Shown one piece after another: positions 5,685 through 10,627 of a stretch of 10,627 bases of DNA (its first letter is position 1; every line of letters starts with the position of its first letter). Location: the NCBI GenBank assembly GCA_003345545.1, contig PRDH01000018.1, positions 1-10,627 on the forward strand. The letters run 5' to 3'. The notes beneath the pieces are model-generated. The model was not told the DNA's origin and did no database searches. It was given only the letters and a program-made list of their open reading frames with translations. The DNA is from Candidatus Thorarchaeota archaeon. GTDB lineage: Archaea; Asgardarchaeota; Thorarchaeia; Thorarchaeales; Thorarchaeaceae. A program made the position numbers and the translations under genes.

Positions 5685-6947
5685 TTACTTTGGATAGTGC
5701 TTTCGCGGGTCCTCAGTATAGACTTTCTCCTTGGTCTTGTGAGCACCAGGAGTGTCAAGCTCAACGTCTCGCTTGTCGGAGCGGTCCTCTGAGAGAATCT
5801 CCTTGAAGATCTCATTCTGAATGATTAGCCGTTGTACCTCATTACTGCCAGTCCAGATTGTCGCAAGACGCGCATCTCGATAGAGTCGTTCAATAGGGTA
5901 GACATCAGTATATCCAATTCCGCCTAGCATCTGCATCGCCTCGTGAACAGCATTGAAGCCGGCTTCTGTCGCGAATACTTTCGCCTGTGAGACCTCCTTT
6001 CTGCACCACTCTCCCGTGTCAGCTTTCTTTGCAGCCCTGTACACCAGACCCCTTGCTGCATCGAGCTGAGTCATGCAGTCAGCAACTTTGAAACTGATGC
6101 CCTCATAGCTCTTGATTGGTCGACCGAATGCCTCTCGTTTGTCTGCATATCTTACGGCAATCTCAAGGCAGGCACGTCCCATGCCAATAGGCCCAGCAGC
6201 CGAGGTGAGCCGTTCAGGCACCATCATCGTATTGAAGACTGCATTGGCATCATTCAAGTTTCCAACAATGTTGGATTCAGGTACCTCGACATTCTTCATC
6301 ACAATTCTGGCTGCTCCCATCCCACGACAACCCAGGAGCTCGTACTCCTCCTCAACCTTCACGCCCATGTCTCTGTCCACTATGAAGGCACTCAATGACT
6401 CATGTGGTTTTGCGGTGAAGTCAGTCTTTGCGTATATGAGAAAGTAGTCAGCACCGACGCCACCAGCCACGAATCTCTTCTCACCATTGATTACGAACAT
6501 ATCACCCTTCTTCACAGCAGTTGTGTTCGTGCCAAAGAAGTCCGATCCGCCCCGAGGCTCAGTGAGTCCTTCTCCGCAGATCTTCTTCCCTTGGAGCGTA
6601 GGAAGGAGATATTCTTGCTTCTGAATTGGAGTACCATGCTTGTTGATAGATTCTCCAATAATACTGGGAAGAGAGAACGCACAACCAAGTGCAATACCTA
6701 GGACACCAATCTCTTCAAGTGCGACCATCTCTGACACCCAGCCAAGTCCTCTTCCTCCGTATTTCTTGGGGAAGCGTAAGCCGAGAAGATTCTCTTTTGC
6801 TGCAACCTTTATGAACTCGTATGGGTATTCCTTCTTCTTGCTGTCCATAGCAATGATTAATTCACGGTCTACTTTGTCACGCACAAAAGCACGAACCTCA
6901 TCCCTGATTTTCTTCTCTGCATCACTAAGAAGCTCTTCGAACATCAT
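5685..6947 (-). CDS. Acyl-CoA dehydrogenase family protein
   Basis: Motifs FPKKYGGRG, GLTEPRGGSD, INGEKRFV, RYADKREAFGRPI, AMQMLGGIGY and ERLYRDAR. GAGGT RBS upstream. Confidence 0.96.
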   Translation of the reverse strand: MMFEELLSDAEKKIRDEVRAFVRDKVDRELIIAMDSKKKEYPYEFIKVAAKENLLGLRFPKKYGGRGLGWVSEMVALEEIGVLGIALGCAFSLPSIIGESINKHGTPIQKQEYLLPTLQGKKICGEGLTEPRGGSDFFGTNTTAVKKGDMFVINGEKRFVAGGVGADYFLIYAKTDFTAKPHESLSAFIVDRDMGVKVEEEYELLGCRGMGAARIVMKNVEVPESNIVGNLNDANAVFNTMMVPERLTSAAGPIGMGRACLEIAVRYADKREAFGRPIKSYEGISFKVADCMTQLDAARGLVYRAAKKADTGEWCRKEVSQAKVFATEAGFNAVHEAMQMLGGIGYTDVYPIERLYRDARLATIWTGSNEVQRLIIQNEIFKEILSEDRSDKRDVELDTPGAHKTKEKVYTEDPRKHYPK

Positions 6948-6956
6948 CCTGACCTC

Positions 6957-7226
6957 TCATTCCGTTTCTCCGGTACCTTGCAACAAAGACTGTAATGTAT
7001 CCTCCGAGCCACCTTCGCGTTCAACAGCGATGGCTTCAACAGGACAGACAATCTCGCAGACAAGGCACAAAATACAATCTGATTCCCGAATCGGGTCAAC
7101 AACGGAATTTCCTGCTGTATCTCTGCTCGTTACGAATACATCCGTTGGACAAGCCAAGACACACTTCTCACAACCATAGCACAGGGACCAATCGACTCTG
7201 ACTATATGTCCATGTACTCTGCTCAC
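6957..7226 (-). CDS. 2[4Fe-4S] dicluster ferredoxin
   Basis: Two CxxCxxCxxxCP motifs (CYGCEKCVLACP and CILCLVCEIVCP). Likely GTG start at 7226 after GGGTG; the track start at 7247 is an alternative. The stop lies 9 nt before the acyl-CoA dehydrogenase start. Confidence 0.92.
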   Translation of the reverse strand: MSRVHGHIVRVDWSLCYGCEKCVLACPTDVFVTSRDTAGNSVVDPIRESDCILCLVCEIVCPVEAIAVEREGGSEDTLQSLLQGTGETE

Positions 7227-7352
7227 GTTGTCGCACCCACAAATCAATCAGATTGAACAATGCTACGCTATGATGTGACTCCTTTTAGAGAATGCGTATT
7301 CTGGCATGATGCCAGGTCGTAATATGTATAGACTTGTATAGAGGCTTCAATC

Positions 7353-7826
7353 CTAGAGTCTATGTTTCACGTCAAGCTCATCGATGCGATTTCGTAATTG
7401 GTTCAAGACGACCTCCCATTCCTCCAACTGATTTTGAATCTCAGCCGCAATGTCGGTTCTTGCTTCTTCTTCTGCAATTGCCGCCAGCTTTGCAAGTTCA
7501 GTGTGCAGTGTTCTTCCCTCATCGTAAAACGTTTCTGCGAGGACGAGCTGGTATGAGATTGGATTAAAACCATGCATGGCATTGCTCACATACCAGACTA
7601 GACTGTTCCGCTGAGACAGCACCGATTCGTCATAGAGAGCCCACACATCTCTGCACTTCATTCGTGCACCCAGTTGGGTGGCTATTATCAACAGAATCAT
7701 CAATACTGCAGCGGAAGCCACTACAAGTAGACTGGATTCAAAGACGCCGACAATCGCCAAGGCCCCAGTCAATAAGAGAGCAAGGTGTGAAATCACACGA
7801 AACATAGCTTCAGTTCTCAACCTCAT
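7353..7826 (-). CDS. Hypothetical membrane protein (2 N-terminal TMs, C-terminal helical/coiled-coil region)
   Basis: 157 aa with two hydrophobic segments at aa ~11-52, a heptad-like C-terminus, and GAGAGG immediately upstream of the ATG. Confidence 0.75.
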   Translation of the reverse strand: MRLRTEAMFRVISHLALLLTGALAIVGVFESSLLVVASAAVLMILLIIATQLGARMKCRDVWALYDESVLSQRNSLVWYVSNAMHGFNPISYQLVLAETFYDEGRTLHTELAKLAAIAEEEARTDIAAEIQNQLEEWEVVLNQLRNRIDELDVKHRL

Positions 7827-7894
7827 ATCCTCTCGAACACGAAATATGCAACTACACTTAACTCTCCTACTTACGGCGCATTGTACAAGATAGA

Positions 7895-8785
7895 CTACGG
7901 CTTTTTTCTCTCCGAATCTCGAAAAAGATAGTCTATCACACTCTGCCAGATAGTACCATCATTGCGTGCCTTGTTTTCGAAGTTATTTGTGTTAATCCAT
8001 TCAGCAAGAGCTGCCTTAGCCCGTTCAGGGAATACTTCGTTACTGAGTGCATCTAAGTATCCTAACGATACGAGAGCATGCTGAATCCTGATGGAGAGGT
8101 CTCCCTCAATCCTTCGCAGGTTGCTCGGTTCTTCCCTGCTGAGAAGCGTCATGTCGTATATCTTGAAAATGCGCTCAAGCTCTTTGATGGGGCTAGGATG
8201 TTCATCAACGCGAACGTCGACGTACCGATCATTTCCACCCTCATAGCCACCCTCTTTTCGTACAACAAGTATTGCAGCAGACTGCATCCCCCGACGATCC
8301 CCTCCAGCAGACTGTCCTGCGTTGAGCGCAGCAAAGAGCTTGTCGATTATATCACCGTCAGTCGTTTCATATGCACTGGCCATATTGGCTACCACATCTT
8401 CGCCAGCCAAGATGTTGCCCTGACAGGTGAAGCCTTTTCCGACAAGATGGCCAGCCCAACTCATACACTCCTTGCCGGTGTGTGCAACAACACGACCTTT
8501 TCGGTCTACGATACCGACTTGTCGATGCTGTGCACCTGCATCATCCTTCAACATGCTTCTCAGAGTCTGAGAAGCACTCTTACCTGCCGTGAGAAGATCT
8601 AATCCTCTTGGGCCATAGGACACGTTAGCCCAAGCCTGTGTTGCAACAGCTCCAGCCTCTGCCCTAGCCCATGGAACAACAGAACCCACGGCTGGGAACT
8701 TGGACTGGACTATGACTCCAAAATCGCCATTGGAGGGGTCCCGAGCTACGACCGAGAAAGTCGATGGATGACCAGAACCGACCAT
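7895..8785 (-). CDS. DUF1028 family Ntn-hydrolase-like protein with C-terminal putative peptidoglycan-binding-type domain
   Basis: Motifs TFSVVARD, AVGSVVPWARA..GAVATQA, RQVGIVD, HTG..C..WAG, QGNIL, AGGDRRGMQSAA and DVRVDEHPSPI.EL.R. C-terminal L..LGY...AL..W...NFE. Start likely ATG 8785, with GGAGG upstream. Confidence 0.9.
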   Translation of the reverse strand: MVGSGHPSTFSVVARDPSNGDFGVIVQSKFPAVGSVVPWARAEAGAVATQAWANVSYGPRGLDLLTAGKSASQTLRSMLKDDAGAQHRQVGIVDRKGRVVAHTGKECMSWAGHLVGKGFTCQGNILAGEDVVANMASAYETTDGDIIDKLFAALNAGQSAGGDRRGMQSAAILVVRKEGGYEGGNDRYVDVRVDEHPSPIKELERIFKIYDMTLLSREEPSNLRRIEGDLSIRIQHALVSLGYLDALSNEVFPERAKAALAEWINTNNFENKARNDGTIWQSVIDYLFRDSERKKP

Positions 8786-8986
8786 ATCTTCGTGTTCCTC
8801 CTTGTAGTGCAAGGCAATTGGGCCAAAGACTCCTATTTAGAGGGTCCGATTCTCAAGCGATGCTGAGAGTCCATCGGACTTGAGCCACTCGTACAAGTAT
8901 TGGCTAAAGTATGATTGAGATGAAGGCTATTCCTTTTTATGGAGGCATTCCATGGGCAAGTGCGACCCGAGTAGCATGGGAGGAAC

Positions 8987-9487
8987 GTGATAGTGGTATC
9001 CGAGATATTCATCAGGTATGAAACAGCTACCGGCCTCGAAAAGACGGCAAGGTTCAGATCGGATGAAACAACAATCAACTTGGACTTGAGGAACATAGCC
9101 TCAGTCGATCTACTTCCGATTATCTGGTGTGAAAACCTCGAATGCCTCTGTTTACGAAATAACGCCCTTGCTGAAATCGACCTCTCAGCCCTTGAGAAAG
9201 CCGGCAAGAAACTGAAATCAATCAGATTGAATCACAATCGTCTTCAAGAAATGGATTTAGGCCCTCTCAGCTCATGCCCGAATCTTGAAGAAGTGAATCT
9301 GGAGAATAATAGACTGAAACGTATTGATCTATCGCCACTCTTTCAGTGTGCGAATCTCAAGGAGCTTGCCATTGACAAGGACGTTGGGTTGACTGCGGAC
9401 CTCCTGCTCAGGTCTGTCGGCAGCTGGCCAGAGGTGCTTGTGGAACGATATCACAAGATCCTTTGGAAAGCTAGCTCGACCGAATGA
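8987..9487 (+). CDS. Leucine-rich repeat protein (IDLSPL-type LRR)
   Basis: About 4.5 repeats of 23-24 aa with consensus LxxLxLxxNxLxxIDLSPLxxCxN. GGGAGG RBS before the GTG. T-rich TATA-like TTTTTAT at 8934-8940. Confidence 0.9.
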   Translation: MIVVSEIFIRYETATGLEKTARFRSDETTINLDLRNIASVDLLPIIWCENLECLCLRNNALAEIDLSALEKAGKKLKSIRLNHNRLQEMDLGPLSSCPNLEEVNLENNRLKRIDLSPLFQCANLKELAIDKDVGLTADLLLRSVGSWPEVLVERYHKILWKASSTE

Positions 9488-9557
9488 ACGTCCTCATCAT
9501 CTAATTGAAATGGAACTAATAGTGTGTCACATAGTCAGTAACAAGAGAGGGAATATC

Positions 9558-10367
9558 ATGGACACAGGACTCTCGAAAAAGCATATAGTAATCACGGGAG
9601 CTTCCGGCGGGATTGGTATGGAAACTACCAAGCTATTCCTGGCGGAGGGTGCAAGGGTCACTGGCACATACAACTATTCAAAACGAAATCTTCAGACTCT
9701 GAAGGACTCTTGGCCAGATCAATTCCTGATGGTAAGGACAGACCAGACAAAAGAGTCTGATGTAAAGGAGCTGTTTGACACTGCCAATCAGACGTTCGGA
9801 CGGGTCGACGTGCTTGTGGCTAATGCAGGCATATCGATTGCAGAGGAGAAAGCGGTTCAAGATATGGCCCTGAAACAGTGGGAGAAGACACTCTCAGTAA
9901 ACCTCACTGGCACGTTCCTCTGTGCAAAATACTTCTTTGCAAACCTCGAGAAGTTCAGGGGCGAACATGCATCACTGATTATGATTGGATCCACTGCAGG
10001 ATATTTCGGAGAAGCATGGTTCTCTGACTACTCCACTACAAAGGCAGGCATGCATGGTTTGCTCATGAGTCTGAAGAATGAGATAGTTCATCTCGCTCGC
10101 AATGGACGGGTGAACCTAGTCAACCCAGGATGGACTCTTACGCCAATGGCTGAGAAAGAGCTCGCTGACAAGGACAAGGTGACGAGAATACTACAGACGA
10201 TTCCTATGCGGAAGACTGCGGTTCCGCAGGATATTGCTGGCGTAATCCTCTTTCTAGCATCGGACAAACTTGCGGGCCATGTCAGTGGTCAGACAATCAA
10301 CGTAGCAGGAGGTATGGAGGGTCGTGTACTTTTCACTCCGAGTGAGATTGATTCCGTTAATCAGTAG
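9558..10367 (+). CDS. Short-chain dehydrogenase/reductase (SDR)
   Basis: Motifs ITGASGGIG, VANAG, GS, YSTTK, VNLVNPG and VSGQTINVAGG. The start is moved to ATG 9558 (MDTGL), which has a GAGAGGG RBS and removes the overlap with the LRR gene. Confidence 0.95.
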   Translation: MDTGLSKKHIVITGASGGIGMETTKLFLAEGARVTGTYNYSKRNLQTLKDSWPDQFLMVRTDQTKESDVKELFDTANQTFGRVDVLVANAGISIAEEKAVQDMALKQWEKTLSVNLTGTFLCAKYFFANLEKFRGEHASLIMIGSTAGYFGEAWFSDYSTTKAGMHGLLMSLKNEIVHLARNGRVNLVNPGWTLTPMAEKELADKDKVTRILQTIPMRKTAVPQDIAGVILFLASDKLAGHVSGQTINVAGGMEGRVLFTPSEIDSVNQ

Positions 10368-10410
10368 TCTTTCCAGCGGCTGCTCACTGGAGATGTGGCG
10401 GCTGTCAGCC

Positions 10411-10424
10411 CGAATACCTTTTAG
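10411..10424 (+). promoter_or_regulatory. BRE + TATA-like promoter of the methyltransferase gene, probably giving a leaderless mRNA
   Basis: CGAATACCTTTTAG ends about 27 nt before ATG 10451, and no RBS precedes that ATG. Confidence 0.45.
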
Positions 10425-10450
10425 GGATACACATGTACTGGAACTCTATA

Positions 10451-10627
10451 ATGAGCACTTTTGACGACATCTCGTTGGCTTATGACAATACAATAGATTG
10501 GAAAATTCGACTCAGCCAAGAAATACCATTTCTTCTATCACTACTAGACAGTCCAAAGGGGAAAAGGGTATTAGATATGGCATGCGGAAGCGGGCGTCAT
10601 TCTGTTTCGCTGGCGGGACATGGGGCG
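10451..10627 (+). CDS. Partial (3'-truncated) class I SAM-dependent methyltransferase
   Basis: Hand translation gives MSTFDDISLAYDNTIDWKIRLSQEIPFLLSLLDSPKGKRVLDMACGSGRHSVSLAGHGA..., with motif I VLDMACGSG. The frame is open to the window end. Alternative in-frame ATG at 10433. Confidence 0.9.
   Translation, partial: MSTFDDISLAYDNTIDWKIRLSQEIPFLLSLLDSPKGKRVLDMACGSGRHSVSLAGHGA

Noticed and set aside
8941-8990. GGAGG-preceded 12-codon uORF (MGKCDPSSMGGT*) overlapping the LRR start
   Set aside because: It begins upstream of the start site expected from the TATA-like box at 8934-8940, so it is probably not transcribed; likely chance.
6112-9207. Antisense or off-frame ORFs over ACAD, ferredoxin, DUF1028 and LRR genes (e.g. 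6640-7179, 8078-8602, 8833-9207)
   Set aside because: Shadow ORFs without recognisable motifs.
9438-9557. 40-aa N-terminal extension of the SDR in the ORF track
   Set aside because: Overlaps the LRR gene. ATG 9558 has an RBS and gives a normal SDR N-terminus.
10370-10412. Hairpin TTCCAG...CTGGAG and GCGGCTG duplication after the SDR stop
   Set aside because: Short, imperfect and without a U-tract. It may aid termination but is not supportable as a feature.
1-10627. tRNA, rRNA, CRISPR array, IS/transposase or integrase
   Set aside because: No cloverleaf or T-loop consensus, no regularly spaced repeats and no recombinase motifs were seen by eye.

Overview
Densely coding archaeal-type window, about half GC by eye. 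The IDLSPL-type leucine-rich-repeat protein, BRE/TATA-like promoters and GGTGA/GGAGG ribosome-binding sites suggest an Asgard archaeon, most like Thorarchaeia; this is an inference, not a classification. Left end (+): 3' end of a probable Regnase/Zc3h12a-like NYN (PIN) ribonuclease that is missing from the ORF track, then a short bacterial-type alanyl-tRNA synthetase without C-Ala. A long minus-strand run follows, in transcription order: DUF1028 Ntn-hydrolase-like protein, 2-TM coiled-coil protein, 2[4Fe-4S] ferredoxin, acyl-CoA dehydrogenase, an unannotated 54-aa double Cys3His metal-binding mini-protein, nitroreductase, 3-TM protein, a 411-aa receptor-like membrane protein, and an RNase Z-like MBL hydrolase. 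Right end (+): LRR protein, SDR oxidoreductase and the 5' part of a class I SAM methyltransferase. The best novelty candidates are (1) the 411-aa protein, which has a signal peptide, a sequon-rich ectodomain, a TM helix, a cytoplasmic zinc ribbon plus winged helix, and a C-terminal TM hairpin, and (2) the mini-metalloprotein/nitroreductase unit with a palindrome in its promoter region. No tRNA, rRNA, CRISPR array or mobile element was seen.
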